A DNA stretch of 64,000 bases, taken from the NCBI GenBank assembly GCA_963826715.1, contig CAWGYA010000002.1:352001-416000 (forward strand). The letters are read 5' to 3'. The notes below the pieces were generated by a model, which saw nothing but the letters and a program-made list of their open reading frames with translations, had not been told where the DNA came from and did no database searches. Positions 10,593 through 20,403 of the stretch are shown here, in pieces. The translations under genes were made by a program, and so were the position numbers. Source of the stretch: Candidatus Bathyarchaeota archaeon. Its GTDB lineage: Archaea > Thermoproteota > Bathyarchaeia > Bathyarchaeales > Bathycorpusculaceae. The stretch's first letter is position 1. Each line of letters begins with the position of its first letter.

Positions 10593-10662
10593 AGTCAAGA
10601 AACTTTTGCGACAAGAAATAGTCAAGAAATCTGAACTAAAAAAGTAGAGCCTAGTCAAGAAA
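10593..10662 (+). repeat. three AGTCAAGAAA direct repeats upstream of the secreted-protein gene
   Basis: copies at 10593, 10620 and 10653, plus a partial ACAAGAAA at 10611. Confidence 0.6.
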
Positions 10663-10708
10663 CCTGTACAAAAAGGTTTTTTTACCGATACAACTCTTTC
10701 AGATTTAA

Positions 10709-11689
10709 ATGAAACCGCTCAAACTGTTAGGTCTGCTGATTATCGGCGTGTTTTTGGCGTCCACCCTAACAGCGACTGCTCAAATGTACCCAAAGGCATT
10801 GAACCCGACAGTTTACGGGGATACAACCATTTACGAGTTCAATGGTAACCCTATAAACCTAACCGCAGTCATCGACTCTTTGGAAATCAGAAACAACCAC
10901 ACCGAAGTCGCTTTTACCTTGACGCTTAACTCGCAGACATTTGATATGATGGGCGAAGAGATGAATTCGAGCCAATACCACAAACCCGAAGAAACAGGAG
11001 TCCTTCAATACTATTTGTGGTCAGGTTTGACATTTGATTTAGACAGAAATTTCACCATAAACGCTGTTTGGGTCAACTGGTTAGCTGGAAGTGGAAAAGA
11101 CATTGAAAATGGTTACACAACACTGGATGCATATAGCCACTATTTTTCATTAAATCAATCAGGAGACAGCTTCCATGGCAACGCTGTTTTGCCAAAGCTC
11201 TCAGAAGGTGTTCATAACGTTACTTTTTGGGTTACAGCTAGGCAGAATTACATCTCATACTTCAATCCCCTTTGGGCGGTTTTCTCCAAAACTGTCATAT
11301 TTACTGCGGATACCACAGCCCCAACCGTCACTGTAATGTCTCCTGCAAACCAAACCTACGCTGCCGATAGGGTTCCGCTGGATTTCTTTGTTAACGAATC
11401 CAGCCCCAGAATGAGTTACAGTTTAGACGGAATGGAGAATGTTAACGTCTCAGGCAACACTACACTAGCAGAGTTGTCCAATGGCGTACACAGCATAATA
11501 ATCTATGCTGAAGACGCGTTTGGTAACGTCGGTGCCTCAGAAACAGTCGCCTTCACCGTTGCAAAGCCTGATACTTCACTAACAACATTAGTAATAATTA
11601 TCACGGCGGCAGTGGTGACAGGCGCAGGCTTGCTGCTTTACTTCAAGAAACACAAACACCCGAAAAATTCACTTTTTAATGCGTCTTGA
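10709..11689 (+). CDS. secreted Ig-like-domain protein with C-terminal TM anchor
   Basis: signal peptide; DTTAPTVTVMSP...SYSLDG...L.NG.HSIIIYAED..GN Ig-like module; TM followed by KKHKH. Confidence 0.85.
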   Translation: MKPLKLLGLLIIGVFLASTLTATAQMYPKALNPTVYGDTTIYEFNGNPINLTAVIDSLEIRNNHTEVAFTLTLNSQTFDMMGEEMNSSQYHKPEETGVLQYYLWSGLTFDLDRNFTINAVWVNWLAGSGKDIENGYTTLDAYSHYFSLNQSGDSFHGNAVLPKLSEGVHNVTFWVTARQNYISYFNPLWAVFSKTVIFTADTTAPTVTVMSPANQTYAADRVPLDFFVNESSPRMSYSLDGMENVNVSGNTTLAELSNGVHSIIIYAEDAFGNVGASETVAFTVAKPDTSLTTLVIIITAAVVTGAGLLLYFKKHKHPKNSLFNAS

Positions 11690-11825
11690 ACCAGTTATGG
11701 CGTCATAGATTTTTTTGATGCTGGGATAATTCAAGTATTCTCTAGCGAACTTGCGCATAAGTGTTGCCTAAAATGAATAAGGGGAAAAAGAAGTATATAA
11801 AATAATACACCCGTTAACGGGGTGC

Positions 11826-12140
11826 TTACCCGAATAGGGCGCCTAATCCTTCTAATGCTGCTTCTTCTTTGGCTTTTTCGTCTTCTGCTTTCTTCTTCTT
11901 GTCTTCTGGAGCTGCTGCTGCGGGTTTAGATTCTGCCGCTGCAACTGGAGCTGCTGCCATCATAGTTGGTGCTGCTTTAATGGCTTCATCGATGTTAACT
12001 TCGCTAAGGGAAGCTACAAGAGCTTTAACTTTAACTGCGTCAACTTCGAGTCCTGCTGCTGCGAGAACTTTTGTTACGGATTCTTCGTTGATTTCTTTAC
12101 CTGCCTTGTGAAGGAGCATTGCTGCGTAAATGTTTTCCAT
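11826..12140 (-). CDS. rpl12: 50S ribosomal stalk protein aP1/L12
   Basis: [11 protein letters not shown]..., Ala-rich hinge, GLGALFG C-terminus; GAGGTGA SD. Confidence 0.97.
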   Translation of the reverse strand: MENIYAAMLLHKAGKEINEESVTKVLAAAGLEVDAVKVKALVASLSEVNIDEAIKAAPTMMAAAPVAAAESKPAAAAPEDKKKKAEDEKAKEEAALEGLGALFG

Positions 12141-12188
12141 ACCTTTTCACCTCTTCATTCGAGTATTTTAACCTTTTTAGTTAGCATG

Positions 12189-12249
12189 ACCCACTTCCAT
12201 TGGAAGCTGGCCGTTACTGAATTGGCAGTTCGGTCCGCCGAATCTTGCC
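12189..12249 (-). promoter_or_regulatory. structured 5' leader of rpl12 (two hairpins)
   Basis: GGCA-AGA-TTCGG-CGGA-CCGAA-C-TGCC and CCA-G-CTTCC-AAT-GGAAG-TGG, GC-rich within an AT-rich intergenic region. Confidence 0.45.
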
Positions 12250-12581
12250 GTTTAGATGAATACCCAATACCTTAAGAACCTTTCGTCCATATAATAACAG
12301 GTAAAATTTAGATATTGACTGTTTTTCATTAGTTACCTATTCGCAATCAACACGTACTGCGAATGCAAAAAATTAACTATACCTTGACACTGAGGACAAA
12401 AGCAGAAGAAGTTCATGGTGTCTCGTTGGAGTTTTCGGTTTTTTCTGATTATTCCCGTTCAGCAGGATTTGATGAATTAGAAAACCCACCTCTTTTCTAT
12501 TGAAGCATAAAGAAAACAAACTGACTCTCATAACACTTATCTTATAGACAACCCACATGCCCTTATCTACAGGTCATACCC

Positions 12582-13541
12582 ATGGGAAATATAACCATCG
12601 CCATACTTGGCAAATTGGACTATGGCAGTGCCCTCGCTAAAAAAGGCACCTCAACTGACATCACACTATATAACCTCAAAAAAGGCGAAGCGACTATAAC
12701 TTTTATCGAACCTACCAGATACCCCGAACGACTTGCACCTCTCTTCTATGCCTGCGCCCTAGCTAAAAAAGCACTAGTCATTGTAGATGAACTTAACGCA
12801 TCGTTCGGTGAACAACTAGTTATGCTCCAATGTAGCGACATCAAAAGCGGCTACTTTGTGCTCCGCAACTACATCCCAAAAGAAAAAATCGAGCCGCTTC
12901 TTAAAGGAACTAATCTAGAAAATTTTGAGTTTCTTGAAGACGACCCTAACCTAATACGTGAAAAGCTCCTAACAGAAGCGGACCAACAAAAATCCCCTGA
13001 ACCCTCAACTGTTGGATCAGTGCCCATTGACCACGCGTTTAACGTGAAAGGGGTCGGAGTAGTTGTCTTAGGCATAGTTATCAATGGAATCGTGCAGAAA
13101 CACTCAACTCTCAACGTCCTTCCAGGCACAAAAACCTCTCAGGTCCGCTCTATACAAAAACATGATGACGAATTTGACATAGCAAGCGAAGGAGACCGGG
13201 TAGGATTGGCACTAAAAAACGTTGTTGTGGAAGATTTGGACCGCGGTAATGTATTAACCAATGATCCAGCCATTAAGACCTCTAACAAGCTTCAAACAAC
13301 TGCTTCGCTGGTAAAATATTGGCAAACGCCAATAAAGGCAGGAATGGTGATGCATGTGGGGCATTGGACACAGTTTATAACCTCTAAAGTTGAAGCTATC
13401 ATAAAAGAAGATATTAGAAATCCCACCATCATGTTATCGCTAGATAAACCCTTGGTATATCGCCCAGGCGACAAGGCTGTTTTAATGTATCTTGAAGGCA
13501 CTAAGCTACGTGTAGCAGGAACCATAGAGCTATTTGCATAG
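12582..13541 (+). CDS. archaeal SelB-like/EF-Tu-like protein with degenerate G domain (aSelBL)
   Basis: IDHAFNVKGVGVVVLG, VRSIQKHD, GDRVGLALK, DLDRG (domain II); no GxxxxGKT or NKxD. Confidence 0.85.
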   Translation: MGNITIAILGKLDYGSALAKKGTSTDITLYNLKKGEATITFIEPTRYPERLAPLFYACALAKKALVIVDELNASFGEQLVMLQCSDIKSGYFVLRNYIPKEKIEPLLKGTNLENFEFLEDDPNLIREKLLTEADQQKSPEPSTVGSVPIDHAFNVKGVGVVVLGIVINGIVQKHSTLNVLPGTKTSQVRSIQKHDDEFDIASEGDRVGLALKNVVVEDLDRGNVLTNDPAIKTSNKLQTTASLVKYWQTPIKAGMVMHVGHWTQFITSKVEAIIKEDIRNPTIMLSLDKPLVYRPGDKAVLMYLEGTKLRVAGTIELFA

Positions 13542-13711
13542 AAACATGTAGTCAACATCTTGAGTACAGGTTGTTCAATTGATCGAGGCATTAAGGTAAA
13601 TGCGGTCTGCGTTGGTACCCTAAGTGGTAAACAAGGAATTTCTGCATCTATCGCTTGTGCCACCCAATACAAATTCTTAAAACATACAATCGCCATAACC
13701 TTTTACTGATT

Positions 13712-14296
13712 ATGATGCCGTTCTCAAGAAAAGTCGGAGCCGCTGCAGGAATCGCTACACCAATATTCGCCTTCACCTGCATCTTTATAGCCATCGCCAT
13801 TACCCCTCACTTTAGCTGGACCAACAACGCACTCAGTGATCTAGGGGTAATCTCAGGCATAACGGGTCCGCTATTCAACGTGGGTCTAATCATAAGCGGA
13901 GTTTTAGGATGCGTATTCGCAATTTTTGGCTTGCTCGACTATGCGGGAAAAACTTGGGTAGGCAAGTTCGGCGCGGTGCTTTTTAATTTTGCATCATTAG
14001 TGCTTGTTTTGATAGGCATATTCAACGAACACTTTTCACCCATACACTACATTGTTTCAGTTGCGTTTTTCAGTTTGACGCCAATTGCCCTTTTCATTCT
14101 AACATACGCGTTCTATCTCAACATCAACCGAGGTTTAGTTGCGTTTACAGTCGCAATTGCGCTTTTCGCAGCCGTACCCTGGGTACTTCAATTAACCGTT
14201 CATTATGTACCCAATGTCGCTATCCCTGAAACATTATCTGCGCTTGCGGTTTCAGCCTGGGCAATTGTACTTTCCGCAAAAATCCTCCGACATTAA
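13712..14296 (+). CDS. DUF998-like membrane protein
   Basis: FSW..NALSDLG, LFN.GLII.G, LIGIF.E...H..VS..FF. Confidence 0.8.
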   Translation: MMPFSRKVGAAAGIATPIFAFTCIFIAIAITPHFSWTNNALSDLGVISGITGPLFNVGLIISGVLGCVFAIFGLLDYAGKTWVGKFGAVLFNFASLVLVLIGIFNEHFSPIHYIVSVAFFSLTPIALFILTYAFYLNINRGLVAFTVAIALFAAVPWVLQLTVHYVPNVAIPETLSALAVSAWAIVLSAKILRH

Positions 14297-14305
14297 TCAT
14301 TAAGG

Positions 14306-15295
14306 TTAAACAACATCCAAATACATTTGGGCGCAACAAGATGATGAAAAAATCGACTGATACCCTTTGCATTTTGCATAATCTATTGCTTCGGGGCTTG
14401 GAAACGCAATGGCATCCACACCTGCCTTAAGCGCCAAAATATCAATTTCTGAGCGAAGTTTACCCTTGGGACGCATACAGCCTAAAGCCAATGGTGCCTT
14501 AGGAAACATTATCCGCGCAGCGGAAACGACTCTAACGATATCAAGCGAAGATGGCGGTAGAGTCTGACCCATTTCTGTACCTCGGATAGGCATGAAAGCA
14601 ATAATCACAACTGCTGCCGGCTTGATGGTTTGTGATATAATTTCAAGAGCATGAAATTCACTGTCTAGTTCTCCATTATTTAAGCCAACCAAAATATGTG
14701 GCACAACTTTGAGCCCTGCATTATCAAGTGCAAGGAGCGATTGCATATAATCTTCAACTTGAACGTCTAAATTAAGGGCTTGCAAGGCTGTTTGACGTGA
14801 ACCCAAAATATCAATTAACGCTGCATCAACCCCTGCCTTCTTCAAAGCTAAAGCTGTAGAAAAGCTGATTACGCCCGTATGAACAAACACAGTTAATTCT
14901 AGCTCCTTCTTAAACCGTGCCAAAACAGGGGTGAAATCGTCCAGCGGAACAGAACCGTCTGGGAGACATCCACCACTAACCAGCACCCCCCTCGCTCCAT
15001 CGTTTTTGAGCTTTAACCCCAAATTCCAAAGTTGTTCCGGATCAATCGCAGGATGCATTGTTTCCAACACTCTGCCGCCACAGTGCTTGCAGTTAAGTGC
15101 ACAAGCGTTGCCTGTAACGGAGATAGTCGGGAACTCGTTGGTTGACGGACAGAACCGAGAGTCTTTATAGTAGCTAAAACTTGGCACATAGAAACGGATA
15201 ATATCACATCGGGGTTTTAGATAACCTGAATCCAATAAATTCTGAAGCTCAGTTTTGGTGCAGTTCCAGATAGTTTGAGGATTTATTTTTTGCAT
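14306..15295 (-). CDS. lipS1: radical SAM protein, LipS1-type lipoyl synthase component
   Basis: ISVTG..CALNCKHC, LVSGGC, GCMR and C-terminal CC motifs. Confidence 0.75.
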   Translation of the reverse strand: MQKINPQTIWNCTKTELQNLLDSGYLKPRCDIIRFYVPSFSYYKDSRFCPSTNEFPTISVTGNACALNCKHCGGRVLETMHPAIDPEQLWNLGLKLKNDGARGVLVSGGCLPDGSVPLDDFTPVLARFKKELELTVFVHTGVISFSTALALKKAGVDAALIDILGSRQTALQALNLDVQVEDYMQSLLALDNAGLKVVPHILVGLNNGELDSEFHALEIISQTIKPAAVVIIAFMPIRGTEMGQTLPPSSLDIVRVVSAARIMFPKAPLALGCMRPKGKLRSEIDILALKAGVDAIAFPSPEAIDYAKCKGYQSIFSSSCCAQMYLDVV

Positions 15296-15660
15296 AGACT
15301 TTATAGATAGAATTCAGCATCTGCCTTAATAGTTTACGTAAAAAATTGACGAAGCAAAAAAACTAAAGTTAGGAATCAAATAGTCACTCCAAACCAACGC
15401 GCTCCATCACTTTCAGCGCCCATAAAGCAGCCCTAAGAATCGCAGAATTGCTACAAATCACGTGGTCTCCTAAAAGACTAACCACTTCCAATCGCTTCAC
15501 AATTCTAGAAAATAAAACGCCATAAAAGGATAAAATGCTTGCTAAAAACATCGAACTTTGAGGATCAGTGAAAGGTAATAGTTTTTTAATTCTGTCTATT
15601 TAAAGTCTTGAGCTTTACAATGTTTAAATTCTACTTATCCCAATTGAGATTAGTGATTCG

Positions 15661-16842
15661 ATGTCTTTATCAGCAACTGTTAAGGATGTATATTCCGGAA
15701 AATTTAATACCGTATTAGAAAACGATAGTGCATCAAAATGCCTGGAAGGCTTCAAAAAAGGGTTACCACCAGTTTTAGCGGTTCTAGATGACCATGGAAG
15801 ATATGTTGGCATGGTTAGTCGCCGTTCAATTCTGCGGTCTCGCCTCGATTTGAGTCGACTTAAAGTTAAGGGTTTAATGGTAAATGCCCCCGAAGTTACC
15901 TTAAACGATTCGCTGAGTCGGGTAGCAAAGTTGATGATTGGAAGCGGAGTCCGGCAACTTCCAGTATTTGAGAAAAACATGATTGTTGGTTTCATTACTG
16001 ATGAAGACGTAATTCACGCCGTTGTCCTTTGTGAATGGGGCAACAACTCGATTGAAACGATTATGACTCGCGCACCACATACAATGGAGTCAAATCGCAG
16101 CGTTGGCGCTGTTTTAAGTTTAATGCGTGAATCTGGTGCCTCTCATGTTCCCATCATGGAACATGGACACCTTACAGGATTGATAAGTGATGAGGACATT
16201 TTGGAAAGTGTCTATTACCCACCTAAACGTATGGGCAACAAAGACGTGGTAGGCGAACAAATTGACACCTTGGGCATCGCAGCAAAGGGCATTATGCACA
16301 GTCCCGTAATTACTGTTGAGCCAAAAAAGAGTCTGCGTGAATGCGAAAAAATGATGCATGATCAGGATGTTTCAAGTTTATGCGTGATTGATGGCGAACG
16401 CTTAATGGGGATCGTAACGAAACTTGATTTCCTCGAACCAATTAGTGAATTCGAGAAAGCCGAACGCAAGTTCACCGTACAATTCGGTGTAAAAGAAGTT
16501 GACGTCAGCCAAGATCAAAAAGAGTTTATGATGAACGAGTTTGATTCATTTACTCATCGCTTCCAAGAAGCCTTCCAACTTGGCACATTATTTGTTTATA
16601 TGAAAAGCCATCGCGGAACCAACATGCGCGAAACTCCAATGGTTCAATGTCGACTACAGTTCCGAACCACACGCGGCAACTTTTATGTTTCAAGCGAGGG
16701 TTGGGGGATTGAGCCAACCTTCAAAGTTGCACTTGAACGCTTAGAACGACGTTTACTGCGCAGTAAAGAGTTGCTGGCCTACAATCCACGGTTTGCACGA
16801 GATTACCTCCGTCAAATGGGGTTACCAGAGGAAGAAACTTAG
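15661..16842 (+). CDS. 4xCBS protein with C-terminal HPF/RaiA-like domain (Hib-type hibernation factor candidate)
   Basis: four CBS repeats; C-terminal beta/alpha domain ending EGWG...F..AL.RLERRL. Confidence 0.75.
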   Translation: MSLSATVKDVYSGKFNTVLENDSASKCLEGFKKGLPPVLAVLDDHGRYVGMVSRRSILRSRLDLSRLKVKGLMVNAPEVTLNDSLSRVAKLMIGSGVRQLPVFEKNMIVGFITDEDVIHAVVLCEWGNNSIETIMTRAPHTMESNRSVGAVLSLMRESGASHVPIMEHGHLTGLISDEDILESVYYPPKRMGNKDVVGEQIDTLGIAAKGIMHSPVITVEPKKSLRECEKMMHDQDVSSLCVIDGERLMGIVTKLDFLEPISEFEKAERKFTVQFGVKEVDVSQDQKEFMMNEFDSFTHRFQEAFQLGTLFVYMKSHRGTNMRETPMVQCRLQFRTTRGNFYVSSEGWGIEPTFKVALERLERRLLRSKELLAYNPRFARDYLRQMGLPEEET

Positions 16843-17041
16843 CTGAGAACAATTTTTTTCTTTTTTCACCCTCATTTGTGATATAACAACTAAAACAAGA
16901 CACCTTCTTTTTTATCAACAGCCTCCTGCTGAAAAAATGCTTGATTTATTATGTGTAGAGAATCAAAAGCTGAAACTACCCATAAATCTTGTAACAAAAA
17001 TAGAAATGGAGCTTTGAGCACAGCACCACTTCTCAGGTACA

Positions 17042-17860
17042 TTAAACTGAAATTCGAGAGCCGTCAAAACCAATCTTTGAAATTCCAAGCTCATCTCTCA
17101 CATCGCGAAGTTGCGCCGAATTAAACACAGGGCCATCTCGACAAACACGGTATTTGCCTATAACGCAACTACCACAAAGACCAATGCCACAACGCATTAA
17201 CCTTTCCAAACTCGCCTCCAAAGGCAATTTCCGCTGCTCAGTCATCTCAAAGATTTTCTTGACCATAACTTCTGGTCCACAGGTGTAAATCATGTCAAAA
17301 GATTCTTTGTCAAGGAGATTAGCAAGAGGCTGCGTTACGAGACATTGTAATCCAGCAGTACCATCTTCAGTAGTTGTTATGATATTTTTTTCTTGGCATA
17401 CCCCTTCAAGTTCCTGCACAAAAAGTAGGTCATTTTTTGATTTAGCACCTTCTACAAATGACAACCGCTCAGTTTTAGCCGCGAGTTTCTTGGCTAGAAA
17501 GAGCAGGGGGGCAGTTCCTGTTCCGCCGCCCACTAAAAGAACTCTGCCTCGGCTTTCTGTAAAGCAGTTGCCGAACGGTCCACGCACCCCCACGGTAGCG
17601 CCAGTTTGCAAAGTGTGCATGTGCCGTGTGGCATCCCCAACAGCTTTAACGGAAACTGAAACCAGCCCATTTGAAACATTCATTATACTCAATGGAATTT
17701 CATCGATACCTGGAATCCATAACATCAGAAACTGCCCTGGCTTAGCCTTAGAGCAGAGGCGATCGAATAAAACAAAGGTTTTCACTGAGGGGCTTTCAGA
17801 ACGCATCTGCACCACACTCGTGGTTCGCATAGTGTTATTTGCGGTGAGCAAGCCCAACAA
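17042..17860 (-). CDS. pyrK: dihydroorotate dehydrogenase electron-transfer subunit
   Basis: PGQFLM, RGPFG, GGG.G.APL, CGP, CGIGLCGSC, VC.DGPVF. Confidence 0.93.
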   Translation of the reverse strand: MLGLLTANNTMRTTSVVQMRSESPSVKTFVLFDRLCSKAKPGQFLMLWIPGIDEIPLSIMNVSNGLVSVSVKAVGDATRHMHTLQTGATVGVRGPFGNCFTESRGRVLLVGGGTGTAPLLFLAKKLAAKTERLSFVEGAKSKNDLLFVQELEGVCQEKNIITTTEDGTAGLQCLVTQPLANLLDKESFDMIYTCGPEVMVKKIFEMTEQRKLPLEASLERLMRCGIGLCGSCVIGKYRVCRDGPVFNSAQLRDVRDELGISKIGFDGSRISV

Positions 17861-18753
17861 TATCTTTTACACTCCTATAATGTTTCTTTCTCAAGTACAT
17901 CTCCACGCCCTTGGTCACATGTCTAAAAACTTCTATATCATATGCAACTGCCGTACCAATCTGGACAGAGGACGCCCCAGCCAAAAAGAATTCAACCGCG
18001 TCCCGCCAGGTCTGTGATACCACCGCAGCCAATAATAGGCACCTCAAACTGCTCGGCGATGTCGAAAACACAACGCAGTGCCACAGGCTTTATGGCTGGA
18101 CCTGACAAACCACCTTTAATATTAGTCAAGATAGGCATTAGGGTTTCCGCGTCTATCGCCAAGGCTTTTAGGGTATTAACGACTGTTAATGCATCAGCTC
18201 CAGCCTCTATAGCTACCTGGGCTAGCACTGTAATATCAGATACATTCGGTGAAAGCTTCACAATCAGAGGCTTGCCTATCACGGCTTTTACCTGTTGAAC
18301 CACTTCGGAGAGAAACTCGGGGCTTTGCCCAATCTCCGCACCCGTCTGCTTAACATGTGGACATGAGACATTAAGCTCGATTGCATCTGCACCAGCATCC
18401 GCCGCCTTCTTCGCTACTACGGCATACTCTTCCGCAGAATAACCGAAAACGCTAACGATTAGGGGCACATGCAGCACTTTCTTTGAGAACTCGATCTCCT
18501 CTTTGAAAAAGTCTATACCTGGGTTAGGTAAGCCCATGGCGTTAATCAAGCCTGCATCCGCTGCCACCAAGGTAGGGTTACTGTAGCCAACCCGCGGCGA
18601 CAAGCCAACAGATTTCGTAACCACTGCTCCCGCGCCTGCTTTTACAATACGCTTCATCGATTGAGAAGAGTATCCCATGATGCCTGAGGCAAGCATAGTA
18701 GGATTGGGCAGCCGTAGCCCAGCAAAGCTTGTGCTCAACATGTTGCTCTCCAA
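17835..18753 (-). pseudogene. pyrD: dihydroorotate dehydrogenase catalytic subunit with a 1-nt frameshift (or sequence error)
   Basis: ELNVSCPH, VKLSPN, GGLSG..IKP in one frame; WRDAVEF.LAGASSVQIGTA continues in another; extra C at ~18009. Confidence 0.85.
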
Positions 18754-18923
18754 ATAATTTCACGCTTCAATCCAAGCTTAATACGCCTTGAAAGATAAAG
18801 TTTCGTTTCAATCAATGTGATGATGGTAGCGTTCGTTTGTATGTTTTTATGTCTATTTTTAACATACCAAAAAAACGACTGTATAAAAAGAAAAATGAGG
18901 GTAAAGCCAGACTGATTTGGGCT

Positions 18924-18975
18924 TTATTTCTTCTTTTTAGCCTTTTTCAGTAGTCTTTTTAACAGCTTTAGCCAC
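18924..18975 (-). CDS. putative tiny Lys-rich peptide
   Basis: GAGGT SD, then GTG start; MAKAVKKTTEKG* (stop 18937), or MAKAVKKTTEKAKKKK* if one A is removed; TTTTAAATAT box upstream. Confidence 0.35.
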
Positions 18976-19448
18976 GCTAATAACCTCAAAGATCTTTATC
19001 GCCACAAATTATATTTAAAATTTGCTAAAAGCTAATGCGTCTGCCTCGATAAGTCAATCAACCCAAAAACACCCTCTAATAGCAAAATAACTGTAAAATC
19101 AAGCTATAAAAATAGGCCTTTTTCCATGAATAGTCTCGAAATTCAAATTATACATTTAGATGTAAAATATTAAATCTTTCATAAGCCGAATCAAGAGTAT
19201 CCGTCACGAGGACACAACAAAGTAGATACACGCCTGACTTCCAAATTCTGCGCTATTCTGCAGATTTTTAGGTATGACATTGAAATGAGGATCGTATAGC
19301 GGTTTCGTTGAAATCAACTTGAGGATGTTTTTTGCAGGCTTAACTTTGGAGGTTGCTAATGGAAAAATCTACATAGCAAATCTTTTATAGTGTGATGTAA
19401 TGTAAAAAATTACACAACGCTGAAGAAAAGTACACGGAGTTATAAACC

Positions 19449-20213
19449 ATGAACAACATAACAGCCCGTCAAGTCGCATTAGCAACCATCTTTGCAGCAT
19501 TATACGTCGTAGTAAACGTCACTACTCCCCCAATTCCAGTTGGGGTCGGCGGCTTAACAATCACCATATCAGCCCTCCTCGCAACCCTCTTAGGCATTAT
19601 CATAGGACCCTACCTCGGAACCGCCTCAGCCCTCCTAGGCGCAGTTGTCTCATTTGCCCTCACCGGCATGTCACCGCTCAACCTGCCCTTCCTATTATCT
19701 CCACCTCTGAATGCTTTTGTTTCAGGTTCACTATTCTACAAGAAATGGATACAAGCTACAATCCCATTTGTCGTTATAATGGTGGCCTTCGTCTTCACTC
19801 CGCCAGTATTCTCCTTTGGAAACCCCCAAGTAGCAATTTGGGTGCTTTGGGACAAAATTATCGCAGTGGCCCTCATCTTACCGCTAATGATGTTTAAGAA
19901 ACGCTTGGCCATCGGATATGGTTCAGCCTTATTCTTCCTCGTAGCATTCATCGGTAACCAAGCAGACAATATCTGGGGGTCTTTCGCCTTCGCATTACCA
20001 CAGGTTTACAACGGAATCTATGGCATGCCAATAGAAGCCGTTCAAGTAGCATTCCTTGCAGGACCATTCCTCTATCCAGCGATACGTCTCCTACAAGCTT
20101 TCATCATAACCCTTATCGCCGTACCACTCATCCCAGTGCTATCGAACAGCAACTGGCTTTGGAGCAAAAACAACATCCTAACGCCAGATGCCCCTAAACC
20201 CTCGAAAGCGTAG
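19449..20213 (+). CDS. ECF-transporter S-component-like membrane protein
   Basis: VALATIFAALY, LGII.GPY.G...ALLG; multi-TM. Confidence 0.65.
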   Translation: MNNITARQVALATIFAALYVVVNVTTPPIPVGVGGLTITISALLATLLGIIIGPYLGTASALLGAVVSFALTGMSPLNLPFLLSPPLNAFVSGSLFYKKWIQATIPFVVIMVAFVFTPPVFSFGNPQVAIWVLWDKIIAVALILPLMMFKKRLAIGYGSALFFLVAFIGNQADNIWGSFAFALPQVYNGIYGMPIEAVQVAFLAGPFLYPAIRLLQAFIITLIAVPLIPVLSNSNWLWSKNNILTPDAPKPSKA

Positions 20214-20403
20214 TCAAGTAAATCACTTTTCTTTTTTTATTTTAGGCAGCAAAAGCCATCGGGTTTAGAACCTATTCTCGATAGTTAAAAACGCCAAATA
20301 AAGAACAAAATAATAAAGGTCACTTGCGGAACAAAGAGTAATGAGAAAATGTCGCTCAAAGGGGCTTCAAAAGAAGTAAAACAAAATCATGAAGGGGTAA
20401 ATA

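Larger units (their letters stand above)
10352..11840. mobile_element. putative non-autonomous insert at the rpl12 3' end (direct repeats plus inner inverted repeats)
   Basis: TTACCCGAATA(A/G)GGC at 10352-10366 and 11826-11840; inner inverted CCGTTAACG-N3-GTATTATT at 10369-10388 and 11801-11820 (reverse complement). Confidence 0.6.

Noticed and set aside
17292-18298. Long plus-strand ORFs (also 22102, 24518, 27003, 29775, 39256, 45970)
   Set aside because: Antisense shadows of well-supported genes.
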